This document shows, in pieces, positions 1 through 15,159 of a stretch of 64,000 bases of DNA. The translations under genes were made by a program, and so were the position numbers. Below the pieces are notes generated by a model. That model ran no database searches. It worked only from the letters and a program-made list of their open reading frames with translations, and was not told where the DNA came from. The DNA lies in contig OZ176050.1 in assembly GCA_964247055.1 (NCBI GenBank), positions 11,656,001 through 11,720,000 of the forward strand, written 5' to 3'. Numbering within the stretch: position 1 is the first letter of the stretch; the number at the start of each line of letters is the position of its first letter. This DNA is from Paragordius varius (Eukaryota; Animalia; Nematomorpha).

Positions 1-1483
1 ATTATACTGAAAAATTAATAGACTATGCCATAAAGAAATATTCATTTAATGATGAGTTATATGTGTCCGAAAATACTTAATTTATTTTTAGGGTGAATTT
101 GAGGTGTAAATAGTATATTAAGCATGCTCAAAGATTTAACTTTAATATAAACATTATATTTATAATATAATTCAAAGCAAGTAATGAATGAAACTTACAA
201 ATTTGTGGGTATACTCGTAAGAATCCAAGATTTCAAATTTTGAACCAAATCAGTGGACATATTTTAATGGTTAATGCTGGATAATTATTAATGATACAAT
301 GTTGAAAATGAAAATATCAAGAATTTTTATTGGCAGATTAGGTATAATAATTGGAGGTGATATAATAATATTAAGGAATGATTTCAAAGCCACATTTCTT
401 TTCTCGTTTGAAGTAGATTAATATTTAATGCAAAAATAATCCCTAAATGATAACCTGGATTATGTGTTTTCCAAATATAAGTTATCATTTTATGCGGCAT
501 AATCTAGTTAAAAAAACATAAAATTTGTCCATATCACAGATTGATTTTTAAAATAAATATCTTTTTGCTTTCTAAAAGTTTCAGGTATTCGCTTAATTAA
601 AGTTTATAGTAAAAATATATGGACCAAAAGTATCACTGGCGAAGGTTAAAATATCACAAAACAGTTTTTTTGAATCGACGTATGATTCGAAGAGATGTCA
701 AATATAAAAAAATTAATTCAATTCGGAATACCTCAGCAAATGATTTTAGATAATTTTTCATTACTAGCACATATACATAGTTATTATGGCAATTAAGCAA
801 GAGTGTGAAAAAAACCAAAAATATATAAATATAAATAGAAAGATAGATAAAAAACGAATGACAATTTATCAAATTAATATAATTTTTGGTTGCAGCATTT
901 TGAAAAAAAAATAGACAGAAAAAAAAGACAAAAAAATTCCACAAGAGAAGACGTGTGAGCATGCCATTGAATATTAAAGAAATTTAACAATTAGAATATA
1001 AATAATGCTTAATAATTCATCCCCCACCCCTCTGCGCATAGGGTATATATGTGGTGTGAAAAAAACAACTTGTAACTAGTATTTTTGTGTATTGACACAC
1101 ATATTATCCAATATGTCATTAAAAATTAATGACTCTAGAAAAACATAAGTAGTAAGTATATGGTTAATTTGTCTATTCAAAAATTAAGCCTTATATACCA
1201 AAATTGTGCGATTAATATAAAAGATAACGTTCAAAATTATAAAAGGGAAAAAAATGTTGACGAATAATCAAAATTTTTACTCTATTATATACAAGTAAAG
1301 TAGGTACTTTGTGTTATATTTAATATATATATGTGTGTTTAATTTTAAATCCGTGTCTCATTATTATCGATAAAAACCAAAATTGCCATTTCTATCAAGA
1401 ACCAACCAACCACCAACAGAAAAAAAAGATAAAAATATAATTAAATCAATAAAATTATGTTGAATTGTCATATATTTATATAT

Positions 1484-1515
<32 letters not shown>

Positions 1516-2447
1516 GCTAGCTTTGCAAGAGAAATAAAGAAAATACTAAAACTTATAACTTAATACGGATATATGTGATCATAATAATTTTCCAACTTTA
1601 TAATTAATTAATTATTATGCGATTCCCATTGGCTCACTCAATTCACTCATTTTTCAAAACGCTCTTTTTTTGTTAAAATATTCTTTTGTGATTAAAGCTA
1701 AAAAACATAAATGATATACATATATATTTAGTATGTGACAATTACAAAAACCAACCATTTCTATATGTCCAACAAAAACCTGAAAAGATAGATATATAGA
1801 TTGTTCAGTATTATATCCATAAATATAATAATTTTTATTTATGGATATAAGAGGTGTGAGTGTGTGTGTTTTGATAATTATATATTGGAAATTTATGCAT
1901 GGAAGCAAGCAGGCAGGCACAACTTTATACATATACTTTGTTAATTAATTATTATTTTACTGTAAATGTCAATATGAGAGATGGCCTTTGTCGACAACAT
2001 AACGCAAATTTATGATAAAATTATAACGCAAATTAATAATTACGGACCATATTTATCTATTTTTATACTATTTAATCCACTATGAAAAAGTATTAATCAA
2101 CTTATTTTAACAATTTGTGACAAGAATGTAACGGTATGATGATAAAAAATTCTAATCACAACAGTCAACACACTTTTAAGAACAAAGACAAAAACGAAAA
2201 TATATATGTATAACAAGACTAGTTTGCCCTCAAAAATCTGATAAATTAAATGATTAATTAATTCAAAAATATAATTGGATTTTTGTCACACACCAATATG
2301 TAACACAAAAAAATTATCAATAAATTATACTATACTATAGCTAAAACTATATATGAATTTATTGAAGACAATAAAAAAGAAACATTGTTGTAAAAAACCC
2401 ACCACCCCACTTTTTAAAAGAAACAGGCAAATGAACAATATATTTAA

Positions 2448-2593
2448 GGGTTGCTTATTTTACACTATAGTAAGAACATTTCGTTGCACAGTAGTGTATG
2501 GAAAAAACAACAAAAGGTTGAATAACAATTATTTTTTTTGTTGCAAATGGCCCTACTATAGCGTGAAATAAGCAACCATTAAAATGCATACTA
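2448..2593. mobile_element. Partial copy of the MITE family at 26257-26434
   Basis: Shares CACAGTAGTGTATGGAAAAAAC…GTTGAATA and GTGAAATAAGCAACCATTAAAA.GCATACT with that copy. Confidence 0.65.
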
Positions 2594-3849
2594 TAAAAAT
2601 CTACGAAAAAAACCATAAAAATAATCATTAAACATTGTATTAATTTCTACAAAAATTATGACAAATTTGGTGATAAAAAAATTTAATGATAGAAAACCTC
2701 CTCTCTCGTAATTATTCTCTTAAATTTTTATTTATTTTTGGATAATTTTTTTTCAAAAAAAAATATTTTAGCAAATGTGTTGAAGGAAGGCTGTTGTGTC
2801 AAAAATAAAAATATGAAGGGAAAACAATTTTAATTGGGTATAATTAGAATTATTATTCAAATTCATTATACATATAGGTTATAATAAAATCCAAAACCAT
2901 ATAAGTTTATATATATATATATATATATTTATATAGATTTTTAAAAGTATACTCCCGAATGAATGTTTGACAAAATATCTAAAAATATCGATAAATACAC
3001 TTTATTAAAAATTTATTATTAATAATTATAAAATGTTCATATATAAACTTAAAAGTATTTATATAATAGTTCCTTGTATCAGACTCTTAATTGCATAAAA
3101 AATGATATTAATAATTAATGAATGGTGTTGATTCCGCCTTGTCACCCTAATAATAAAATTTTTTCTTTTGTCGCAAATGAGTTATATATAATAGGGTAAG
3201 AACAATTACAATTATTGTATCGTTAAAAATTTTTTTGAACAACAAAATTTAACCAAAAAATTAAGGCTTAAAATAAATAATATAGACTTATATAGAAACG
3301 CTAGAAAAGGAATATATCGGCCGACTTTAAAGTTTTAAGTTGTAAATAAATCATTTTTAATAAATTTTTGGTGTAGAGGAATTGTTATTGGACAAACAAT
3401 AAAAAAACTTAATTAAATTATCTGTTTATAAAAAATGACAGATGCAAGTTTAAATAAAAGCTATATGTTTTTAATAATTTTGGCCCCATTTCCAAAGTTT
3501 TTATTGAATGTTCCTAAAATTTAATCCAATTAGTTTGGGTGGGATGCCCTTTTCGCAACATTTTTTTTATTGATGTAATTAAATATAATAAAAAATTATA
3601 TACCCTATAAAAATAATACAGGCGTAATGAATCTCTCGTCGGTACGTTTATGTCAAACAAGTAACCAATAAAACAAAAATATTGTAAAATTATCATTGAA
3701 AAAAATAGTCTTATATATAACTTCAAACGAAAGATTTAAAATAATATTGTAAAATTTTCGTATTGATTGATTAAATTAAAAATTGACATTAAATACCGAA
3801 ACTTTGAAAATTATATTCAAAATTGAAAAAGCATTTATAATTTGATGAG

Positions 3850-4730
3850 TGGTTTCGAAAGCCATCAGTTACTGAATTTATTGTCCAACAATAAAAGTGG
3901 TTAATATATGTGATTTTCATCACATATATTTCAAACTCTCCATTTCTTCATATCAAATAGAACTGAATATCAATACAAATTATTTGTATTTGGTGATTTC
4001 ATATAATCACACAGTTCTTGCGTCACTTTATGCAAAAATGGCCTACTAATTCGTTTCCAATTTAAAAAAATTATTGATTGACTTAAGACTGTGTCATAAA
4101 TCATGCATACCGGCAGATCATTTTGATTATTTATGTTTTTTTGCCGTCATTTCCTCACATATTCATTGGCTTGGATATACTGTTAATCAATTTCCTTATA
4201 GAGGTGGATTGGGAATATTTAAGCCTTAGTAAATGTGACATTGTGTGACACCAATGATAGACATGCGGGTAACGACTACAAAATCAACTAGTTAAGTTGC
4301 CTGCAGTTCTTACAATCTCTTTCTGCCATTTGATCCTTGTTCGGAGGAAGTTTCAACCACTAGTTTTAACAGCTTATGAGTTGATTCTCTGGAAACAATG
4401 CCAAAAATTTTGATTCGAATTTTTCGACTCCTAAACCTCCAACAAAGCATGTCTCATTTTTTCATAAATATGCTAATTAAAGTTACATTTTTTCCCAGCT
4501 TCTGTTTTGACACGTGTTAAAAATTCGGTCAAATAATTATTCTCATACAGTTTTTACAAAATTAAATTTAACCCAGGTGTTTGTATTATTTGATTTGTAG
4601 ACCTTTCTATCGGTATATATGATATCAGACAATTTGGGAATAATTTTATACTTATTTGACACGGGTACACCAGCATAAGCGAGATACAATATTTTACGAT
4701 TTGTGTCGCTTGGCGTCATTCTCACTTTTT
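3850..4730 (-). mobile_element. Possible decayed DNA-transposase remnant
   Basis: Coding-like composition with many stops; the segment YPHVYHWCHTMSHLLRL loosely recalls the hAT HCxAHxLxL motif. Weak support. Confidence 0.25.
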
Positions 4731-4812
4731 TTGTGACAAATCAGAGTGTTGTAAGACCCTTATAAAACCTTTTTGATATATTAAAAGTTTATAAAGGTCG
4801 TAGAATAACGAC

Positions 4813-5150
4813 TCCATTATAAAAGACAAGGTGCTGAAAGGGAAATTAAACGCCTGTTAGCAATGGATATAATAGGGCCGATAGAACCTACCAAAAACAA
4901 TTGACACATAACACCCCCATAGTCTGCAAAATTGCAAAAGCGGACGGTTCACTTAAGATTTCGTGCCTATCAAGTCATAATGAGCCAGCCTGACTTATTA
5001 GATGAAACTTATAACCACATACCCACATTCTATAAACTAGGAAAAGAATCATTTACAGTTATTTTAAAAAACGCATACCTATTACCAATAGGTTAAAGTA
5101 GTCAAAAATTCAACTCGACAATGAAAGAAAAATCCTACCGTGTATGGCAG
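4813..5150 (+). mobile_element. Degenerate Ty3/Gypsy reverse-transcriptase fragment
   Basis: Frameshifted remnants DKV..EIKRLLAMDIIGPIE, TPIV, KADGSL and KNAYL occur in the order expected for the RT N-terminus. Confidence 0.55.
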
Positions 5151-6147
5151 TGAAGAGAAGGTTGTCAGCAAAATTTTGTTAGAATTGGTTCTGAAAGTGT
5201 TTATAATTATTAAATAATGATATTATGGAATAAAATATAAATAAATTGTAACTTCCTTAATAAACTTCTGTTTTCAATCTATGCATTTGATTTTTGAAAG
5301 AATAGTTACGGTAATATCATGATAATTTTTCAAGAAATGTACAAAAAACAATTTCCATTATAACTTTATGTTTCAATGTAAAGGTAGAATCTAAAAATAA
5401 TTTAACATTATATATCTAAATTTCCAATTCTCACCAAATAAAAAACTTAACTCAAATATAAAAAATTTGATTGTTTATTTATTAAAATCACGAAAAAAAG
5501 GATAATAAATCTTCTTCATGGGATGTATTCCCCTTTTTCAGAAGCGATTTAAAAAAATTAAATATTCGTAAATTACTGTCAAATATATATCTTGAAATGT
5601 GATTTATGTTCTGTTTTTTTTAAAAAAATAGTTTCATGATATTTGTACATAAAAATTGTGTAAAATATAAGGTAACGGATATAGGCTATAAATTATCCAT
5701 GTTCAAAATTTCTATCCCTGTAAATTTTATGGCTCTTTAATAAGGAGAAGCCAGCATAAAATTCAAAATAATATAAATTCAGACAACATATATGAAATTT
5801 TCGCGAAAAAATAATAGGCTTCTAAATTTTTTTGGTTGATAATAAAAAAAGATAGAATTGTTATGCTTTAGATATGATGAAAAAAAACAGAAAATATCTG
5901 AAATTAGCTAAGTATAAGGTATAGCTAATTTATAATTCTAGTCAAACCTTGCGCACAGATAATTAGCACACATAAGTATATAACTGTACCATGATATATA
6001 AAAGCGAATCATTTCAAATTTATCTTAAGAAATCTGTTATGATAAAATAAAAGTTGATCTAGTTACAATGTAAATTTTAATTTTTAGAATATTCAAAGAC
6101 ATATCTTAAATTTAGGTTATACATTAACATAAATATTTGAAACTTAC

Positions 6148-9062
6148 GCATTATCCTCTGAACGAGTTTTGGCAAAGGGTGGCATTAAATTCCCATTTTT
6201 ATTATAATTATTATTGTATGTAGAACCAGATCCGGCACCATAAGAAGTATAGGGTGGGGCGGTACTTGCATGCACCTACAAAAAATATTAAGGAAAAATT
6301 TATATGCAAAAATATTCAAAGTTAAACTTAAAAAACTATAGTAAACGCCATTTAGTGTAAGCTTTGTACCATAAACCGTGCCTATCATCTAAGCCTATGG
6401 TATTTTTCCGATTTTTAAAATAAACTATAATTTTAATCGTTCAAAGTTAAGAAAACCTTCACACTTATGAGTTTGTGTGTATTTTGGAATCACCATAATA
6501 GCCAAAAACAAAAAATAAAATTAAAACAATTTTTATAACATATAATTTTAATTAATTAAATGTTGATCCAAATTAATTCTTAATATTTCTAACAAGGATT
6601 ACGACGCAATGATAATGACTGGTGAATTTTTTTAAAACGTATTATGGGGAGGAGGGGAATTAAAAGAGCAAATGCATTTTATTGTTCTAATTTGAATTTT
6701 ATGAATTTTTAATAAGTTACCATGTTTGATGCAGTATTTTTCGAAGCACGTTTCTTGGCAATAGCCGATTCTAAAAGTTGTTTGGCAGATTGTAATTTTG
6801 ATGTTCCATTCATCTACAAATAAAATTAAAAGTCTTATTTTTATGCGAAATAGCCTTAAAAAACACTTGATATGACGGTTCAACCAAAAGACAAAATTTT
6901 AAACGAAAATCAATGGGTAGATGAAGCAAATATATTGCTTATTTAATCATTTTTAGGTTTATTAACAAGACAAGATTAAATTAAAAAATTTGCCATCAAT
7001 AAAAATTACTAGATATTATACCAAATGAATAGGTTTTGAAAACAGCTTTCTGTGAAACTTTTTCAAACTTTTAAATCTTGTTTACATGAAATTTAAGTAT
7101 ATATAGCAGCATTGTTCAAAGATTAGACTGATATTATTAATTAGTTTTCATACTGTTAGAAATTGAATTGAATCAACTCCAAATTATATATATTAAGTTA
7201 GGTAAAATAAATTAAAAAAATGGAAAAATACTTGAGTCGATGTGGGTTGATGAGTATCTATAATTTGACCAGATTCATTTATAGAATTGGTATCTTCTTC
7301 AATAACTATCGAGGGCTGCTGAAATTTTTGAAGTAAATGCTGTTTTCGATGTTTTCCATGTTGTACATTCGACTTAGTCTGATAAGGTGTACGGTGAGCG
7401 TCTAAATATGGATTAAAAATAAATATATTGTAAAGGTTATATTAAGTTTAAAAGTAATTTTTATTACACATTAAAAAAACATTTGTTGACAGTTATAGAA
7501 ATGAGTTTAAACAAGTGAAATTGTAAGTAAATAAATTAATGTATATTCTTTTTATATGCCTTTTTGTTTAATTTTAATAACCGCCTTTGCCATAAGGCCT
7601 TAATTCGGTTTAAATATTCAAATATCTTTTTTTCTAACCAAAAAAATGTTTATATTAATTTCCTGAGTTTAAAAATTTAATTTTTTCTTATGATCCGTCC
7701 CCTATCTTGATGTAACTGACAGATTTATAATAATAATCCGTATGCTCTTTGAAAACACTGTTCAAAAACTTGCATATGGTGTCTGGAATAATTAACTGAA
7801 CCAAGTATCAACCCAGATTACATTTGAATAAAATTTAAAGTAATTTTTCGTTTAAAGCGGCTTTTAAGTTTATATATAAATATATAATATACTGTATGCA
7901 AAAAAGGGTTAATTTTATTAAAAAAATTTTATGAGATAGCTTATGACTAACAAATTCCTTTGCCGCAAAAAAATTTATTTGTTGACGACCTAGTTTTCAA
8001 AATATTGAGAGAAAATTGAAATCGGACAAAAAAAGAAGATTAAGGATAATTCAAAAATAATGATAAAATGAGATATTATGGTTTATTATCATTTTAAGTG
8101 ATATTTCTAATATATAAATAGCCTAAAATCATATTAGGGTTTCCATAAAGTCTCAGCTCAAAAGATGGCGTTTTTCTTTTAACACCCTTAAAAAACAAAA
8201 AAAAAATTTTGGAAAATATATTAAAATATTTCTTTTTAATTATTTACTAGCTAAATTCACTATTAAAATCTTAACATTCACAATTTATTCAGTAAAAAAA
8301 ATTATATATAAACAAAACTAAAAATACTGTTTTTTTATTTTATTGTCGTTTAATTTATGAATGCATAAAAAATTTAATGTTTTATTTTGGAATCTACATG
8401 GGTTAAGAAAAACCTTTAAATCTACTAAAATGATAACAAACCATAATATCTCAGGTTTTACCATTTTTTTTGAATTTTATCTATGATTTTTACTTTTTGC
8501 CCAATATTAATTTTCTCTCAAAATTTTAAACTAGGTCGTAATTGATTAAATTTTTGCGGAAAATGGATTCCCTGGTCATAAACTATCTCATGAAACAAAT
8601 TTATTGTATAAATTAGCCCTCTTTCTTGCACACAATATATATATATATATATATGTAACATTATAATTGTTTTAATACAATACCTAGAGGATGATCATGA
8701 TCCAAAGATTTAAACATCTGATTAGAAAAGAATGGTGCCTTTGAATTTGTTGGAGAAATATCTGATAATTGATGAATTAAATGTTTCTTTGAACCATTTC
8801 GATCATAAGGCAAATGCGATGTTAATTTGTCATCACTGGCAGTGTGGAGCATTGATTGTGCGCGACATAATGGTAAATTTCTGTGGCAAAACATATATAT
8901 ATTTTGCAATAATAATAAATATAATAGGACTATTATTAAAAAAATTTATAAAGATTTGAAAAATTGAACTATTTATTTTTTTTATTTCGACAATATGGAA
9001 TTTTTTTATTAAGATGAAATATTTTTTGTAATAATCCCGTTGACGACATTTGATTTAGTTTA

Positions 9063-9118
<56 letters not shown>

Positions 9119-12100
9119 AAATTATTTATAAGAGCATAAACATTATCAATTTTTCTAAAAAATAGATTCTTTTTAACAGTGGCCTTGTGTTAAACGCCGA
9201 ATTATATTGTACGTTAAAAGTTTATTAAATAATAATTTAAACCTAACAAAAAAGTACAAATTTTTCGATTTTATATAGCCTCAAACATTTAGTTTAGTTG
9301 TATCTCCAAAGAATTTAAAATTAGAAAATCAATTAATTAATTAATAAACTGAAGTTTAAGCCAATGCTGTGCGAAATATTAGTACATAAACAAGCATTTA
9401 AAAAGCTATCATCATCATCATCATGATAAAATTGAAATTTTAATAGTTATAATTACATAACATAAATTTTGTTCAGATTTACAGTCATGTAGCCTTTTTA
9501 TCAAAAATTTATTTTTTTTTCGTTAAATGGGTATAAATATTTGGTAAAGTATGGAAAAAACAAGAGCTCAATGTTATTAACAATATCATATTCATAAAAA
9601 AGTATATGGTATTACCATAGAGCTCTTGTTTTTTCCATTCTTTACCAAATATTTATATCACCCATTTAACGAACGAAAAAACAAAATAAATTTTTGATAA
9701 AATAAAGGATGATACATGGTGACTGTAATAATTGAAATAAATATATGTAAATTAATTAATATGGCGAAACAAAAAACCTATAATCTGTAACAACATGAGC
9801 GATGATACCATTAGTTGTCAGAGATGGAACGCTTGATTTTGCGCCCCTACTATTGTATGATAAAAATGGACTTCCGGGCTCAGGTGAATATGAAACTTTT
9901 CGATTGACTTTGTGAGTTTTTATTCTATTATCATCAGCATCATTATTGGTAATTAGAGCTTTTCCCGATGCTGACATAGGAAATTTGTCTTCCTCCAATA
10001 TTGTGGAAACTGGTGGTGGTGGGGTAGGTTGTTTTCGGTTTATAGATTTTTCTAAAATGTTTTTTTACAAATGTTGTTTTTTTTTCGAAATTAAATCATC
10101 ATATATTAAATGGTCTCTCTCTCTTAAATTAAAGTTAAAAGCGCGCAAATTTGTTTTCACCGTGTTGTTATTGTATATAACCACGCATTAAAAAAATCTT
10201 AAGTTGTTAATGCCTAAATTAAGGTGTAAAATGATTCATAAAATGATACCACCATAAATCGAAATAGTAAATTTTAAGCGAAAAGATAATATTAAACGAA
10301 TTGAGTATAAATTCGAAAACGCTTACCAATATTTTCTTTATATTTGCCATACATTTTAAAGAGATAATCAAAAATAACTTAAATAAAACTAATTATATGG
10401 AGAGTTATAATATTAAAGTACTTAAAATAAATATACCGAAAAAATAACTAAAGTCAAAATAATTCTGTAGATGCCTACTTTACAGTTGACTTTAAAAAAA
10501 TTAAAGTATTTAAGTGTCCCAAGAAAAAGTAAAATTGATATTAAAGAAAAAAACTTTTTTGTTCCATCAAAGCCCGGTTTGCTAATATTTCGGAAAACGT
10601 TAACTTTGTTAAAGCGGAACTATTAGGTGGCACATTTTCCTCTTTGGATAAATGAGTGGTAGAGACGTGTTTTGAAATAATTGATGATGGTTTTGTCGTT
10701 ACTATTTCATGTGTTGAACTAATTATTTTGTCCATTAAAGCTATTGATGTATAAAAAAGTCAAGACTTATAATTTTTGCATATATAAAACTAATTATAAT
10801 CTTTGAATTATTATAATTATCAGTACAAATAATAACCAAAATTATCATTATATAAAATATGAATAATTATTACAATTGAAAAGTGTAGAATATAATATAT
10901 GGCCAAAACAAGAAATATTACAAACTACCTACCTCCATCTCGTTTTTCCTCGATATTTTCTCCCCTTGATAAACTACCATCACGCAGATCAGCTGATCTG
11001 CTCAAAGTAGGCGCCACAGTATAATGCAAAGAACTGGTGCGACCATAACTTTTGCCATCTTCAATGGTAAATATAGAAGGTGTTTTAGGCTGTTTGAGTT
11101 TTGAATCTTGCTGTTTGATTGGAGGAACATTTGAAGTTATCATCGAGGAAAGTGTAGCGATAGCACTGATGGGTATAGCTGGTAGTATACGTAATGAATT
11201 GGTTTGTTGTCGATTTATGGACTGTTGTTTTTGTTGTTTGTCTTCACCGCCAATTTCTTGTGAATAAGCCGTGGTTATTGATTGATATTTGGGAACTTCA
11301 CTCATGGGCAATATACTGAAAGTGAGATTAAAGATATAAGATTTAAACTATAATGAGACAAATAGTAAAAGTTATGTTTATGGATAAAAATTTGGACTAT
11401 TTTACCATTTTGTTGTCAGAAAAAAAAATCGAGAGATTCTTATATAACATTCGAGTTTTTGACATTGATTAAAAAGGGGATTAAATTATTTATATTAAAA
11501 AAATAGAAAACGGATGATTAACTTTTGCGCTACAATCTTTAAACTTTTTACTAAATTATTTCATAATGTATCGAATTATAAGTTTTTTTTGAAAAAATAA
11601 CAAAATTATACTTTTGGGCGTCTAAAACATTTTCTGGCTTTTCCGTAGCTATCATGCTATGTTTATAGTAAGGCAGCTTTTTATCATCCTCATAATCATC
11701 AATCTTTAGTGTTGGTATAATTTTGTTAACGCCGCTTGTTATGGTAGATTTCATTTTATTTAAATTATTATTATTGCCATTATTTATGGTAAAATTATTT
11801 AAATTATTATTATTATTTATAGTTGTATTGAAATTATTAAAATTATTGGATATGGTAGGGTAACCACTAAATGTGCCCCCTCCCCCATTATTGTAATGAT
11901 GCTGTAAAACAGCTGGGAAATTGGCATCACTAATGTAATCGCTATCTTCAGAGAATCCCGTTACTTGAAAAATATATTATAATAAAAAAATTATTTTTAT
12001 AAAAAATCTAAAATAATTAATTTAATCTAAAATAATCAATAATTTCCTAAAAAATTAAAAATATCAAAAAAAACTTACAATGTACAAGAGCCGGGTTCCG

Positions 12101-15100
12101 CCTCCGTTGATTTTCAAGAGTAACCAACTGACATATAAAAGAGTAATTTTATTAAAATTATGTTAAATTTATATAAAAATAAATTTATTTAAAAAAAAAA
12201 TTATTTTATTAAAATTTATATTAGTCAATTATGAAAAAAGAGAATAAAATTAAATTGAATTTTATTATAATATATTACCTCTTGGTCCATAATACTGTTT
12301 AGCACCTCAAGTTTTTGTTGCAATTCCATTGCCTCAGAATCTTGAAGATCTATCATGAATTAAAGTTTTTTAAAAATTAAAATTATTATTTGCAGCAAAA
12401 AAATGTGGAATAAATATAACAAATATATCAAAGAATATATATTGGTTGAATAATTTATTTATTTATGAGATTATAATGTGCATTTTTTTGACTATAAATA
12501 AAAAAGCTAAAATAACCAAAAAATTTAAAGAAATGGATTTGGAAAATCCCAGGCCTTATCACCAAAAACAGAGTTTTACAATTTTTTTTATTCGTAAAAA
12601 CCAAATTAAACCAAACATTTATGCAATTCATTTTTATTTAAAAAATTGCTAAATTCAATGTAAAAAATTGACAATCTGTCAAAAACAATAAACGGGGATT
12701 TTTTTAGCGTTATTAACCAATTTTATTTTTTCCTTTCTCTGCAGCAATAAACATAAGAATGTCATATCTAATTTTTCCACTTATTTTATGTTTTCAAATG
12801 GGATTTTTTATAAGTTTAATAGGAATGGGAATAAAATTTATTTTATTATTACTATATAATGGAAAAAAATTTACTCCGGCAAAATTTTTCTGCCCGAAGA
12901 TTTCAAATGTAATAATTTTATTAGTTGAGTTTGTAAAATAAAAAATTAATTTAATTGACATTAACAACTCCATTATATTGAATAACGGCTTAAGTAAATC
13001 TATGTATAATTTAATAAACATCACACCAAAACAAACTATCAAAATTTCACTAATTTTCAAAAAATTTATCAAATAATGATAAATCTACCCTACCCTAAAT
13101 AATCACAAACTAATGATCTATATAAATAATCATTAAACAGACAGAAAAAACAAAAAGACTAAAACCTAATATATTTTAAGGGTTCGATTCGCATCTTTAA
13201 AAATTGCAAAATAAATTCTGGGCTAAAAAACAAAATAATAATATTTATTTATACTATTACGTTTAAAGTATAGTAGTATAAATTTCATCAGATAAAAATG
13301 AGATAAAAATCAAATAAATAAGTATTATTATTATAATTGTTTTGATGGAGTTAATTTTGTTTTTTATGTATAGTATTCACCAACATATCTCAATACAATA
13401 AGCGCCGGAATATCAAGATCAAAAAGTCTAATCCTAGACACAATGGTGAAGATGGCCTACCATATCAAAAAAGAAGACCGATGTTAAGATGGCTGGGTAC
13501 TGTAAATAAGGAACCGGTTAGAATTATAAGGGTATGAAAGAAATAGCATGAGAAAGAGACAAGTGGAGAGACCTCGTCATTTTATTTTCCAAGAAGTCAA
13601 GCTTGACCTACGAATTACCTACCTACCTTTTACATCCACAACATTCACAAAGACTAATATAGTTGTTTTTTAATAAATTACATTACACCTCCGACCATAT
13701 ACATAAACGAATCAATTGTCTCCATTAAAACAATTATCATCAAGATAACCTTTTATATTTTTTTCTCTTTTTTATTAGATATTGTTTATACTACTATAAA
13801 CGAAATATAATAAATAAATCTTATAATTATATAAATTTCGCTCTTTAGCCCAGAATATATTTTACAAATATGTTTCATTTTGCCCATAAACTTATAAAAA
13901 GTATACTAAATTCAATATTTGAAAAAAAAATTAAAAAAAATACCATAAGGAAGTTCGAAATGAGCATCAATGTAAACTTTGTTTTTAGTTGGCGTTCGGG
14001 TTCCCACCACGATTCCGTCTTTCATCTCAACTTCGCTATCCATACTTATCCATTTACCATTGCTTGTCTTTTGAAAAACAATTTTGATTATAAAAAATTA
14101 AAACCAATAATATATATTAATTAATAAATTGGTAATTTTACAACATTTTTTAAAAACAAGGTGTAAATCGGAATAAAAAGTTTATATCTGCTTTAATATG
14201 TTTTAAATCAAGAGTCGCCTGCTATTATAATAGGAAATAATTTTTTTGCTTATGGTTACATCATATTTTAATTACCAATGGCCAAATAAACCCTAAGAAG
14301 GATGCACACATTTTTGATGAAGAAAAATAAAAAAAGGCAAACTATTCTTCTAAAGTTTAGAGAGTTATAGAAAAATACCTATATTTTATGATTTAGAACT
14401 TTAAATTATACAATAAGAAAATTACACGAATTATGCTTGCCAAAATGTCAACGAGAATATTCTATGTAGTAATAATAATTTGAGTTTTGGTAAATTTTTA
14501 AAACTAAGCAATATCCAGAATATCTGATACATGTAGTATATTTTACAATGGATAAAAATTATAATGAAAAACTAAAATGAAAGAAAAATAATTAACATAA
14601 ACTTGATTAGTGTGGGGTAGATGAGCTAAAGGCATCCAATGAGTCCCCAATAAACGATCCCATAACATACCTTTGTTCCAAAGTTCTATCACCAACCCTA
14701 TATCGGTGCGGTTTGTTTCGCTAATATAAATTTGAAAAATGTTTTTATTGAATGATATGTCAAAAAATTATCATATTCTTGAATTTGTAAAATATTTATT
14801 AATAAAGGCTGATTTTCTATAGTTTTTAAATATAATCATATAAGATAAAATAAAAAATATTTTATATGAAAAAAGAATCATACAACATAAAATCTTGTTC
14901 CCAGCATGGATTGAGCCCTTTAAGAGCAACCGTAGTTGACTTAACACTTTGAAGTTTTATGGTAACATATGTATAAAAGTCATCTAAATATGATTAATAC
15001 AATAGATAGAAATATTTTGATTGAATTATTATTATTTACACACCTGGATTCCCAACAAGCCGAGCGCATTTCACTAAAAATATAAATAAAATTTATTCAT

Positions 15101-15159
15101 TGGAAGAATTCCAGAAAATAAATATTCAAAAAATTACCGGTAACACAAAGTAAAGACAT
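6148..15159 (-). CDS. unc-13: Unc-13/Munc13 homolog, 5' part (C2A domain plus long low-complexity linker). Exons: 15159-15138, 15073-15044, 14983-14884, 14720-14603, 14067-13944, 12349-12279, 12127-12079, 11963-11612, 11315-10933, 10740-10555, 10051-9778, 8880-8684, 7401-7232, 6275-6148. The gene probably continues past the left edge.
   Basis: Spliced translation [82 protein letters not shown]...[29 protein letters not shown]...[11 protein letters not shown] matches the Munc13 C2A domain and the invertebrate post-C2A motif. The first five exons are 22/30/100/118/124 nt, as recalled for UNC13 genes. All junctions are GT-AG with consistent phases. C1, C2B and MUN exons were not found in the window. 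Confidence 0.9.
9065..9114. repeat. (TA)n microsatellite; similar tracts near 1477-1516, 27817-27850 and 60144-60177
   Basis: Direct reading of the sequence. Confidence 0.9.
9482..9725. mobile_element. Tc1/mariner-type MITE in an unc-13 intron
   Basis: CAGTC…GACTG termini with TA on both sides and ~90-bp near-perfect inverted arms. Confidence 0.75.
13390..13627 (+). mobile_element. Degenerate 3' end of an RTE/CR1-like LINE in an unc-13 intron
   Basis: [14 protein letters not shown] and ERDKWRDLV remnants are followed by a short (ACCT)n tail. Confidence 0.5.

Noticed and set aside
654-3726. Short ORFs in the track (654-962, 1654-1932, 2353-2571, 3514-3726) and many similar I/F/L/K/Y-rich ORFs elsewhere
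   Set aside because: Composition is that of random AT-rich frames; no motifs, and no phase-consistent link to the unc-13 model was found.
10052-10180. Open frame (…[24 protein letters not shown]) upstream of an unc-13 exon, with one in-frame TAA, suggesting readthrough or a 17-nt intron
   Set aside because: A direct phase-1 splice from 10555 to 10051 explains the gene, removal of 17 nt would shift the frame, and the extension has its own upstream stop.
11052-11267. Antisense ORFs overlapping real exons or the RTE (e.g. 9946-10191, 11052-11267, 37124-37333, 50871-51056, 53629-53874)
   Set aside because: They are shadow frames of coding sequence on the opposite strand.
13181-13190. GGTTCGATTC B-box-like motif suggesting a tRNA or SINE
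   Set aside because: No A-box, acceptor stem or cloverleaf around it; the flanks are plain AT-rich sequence.
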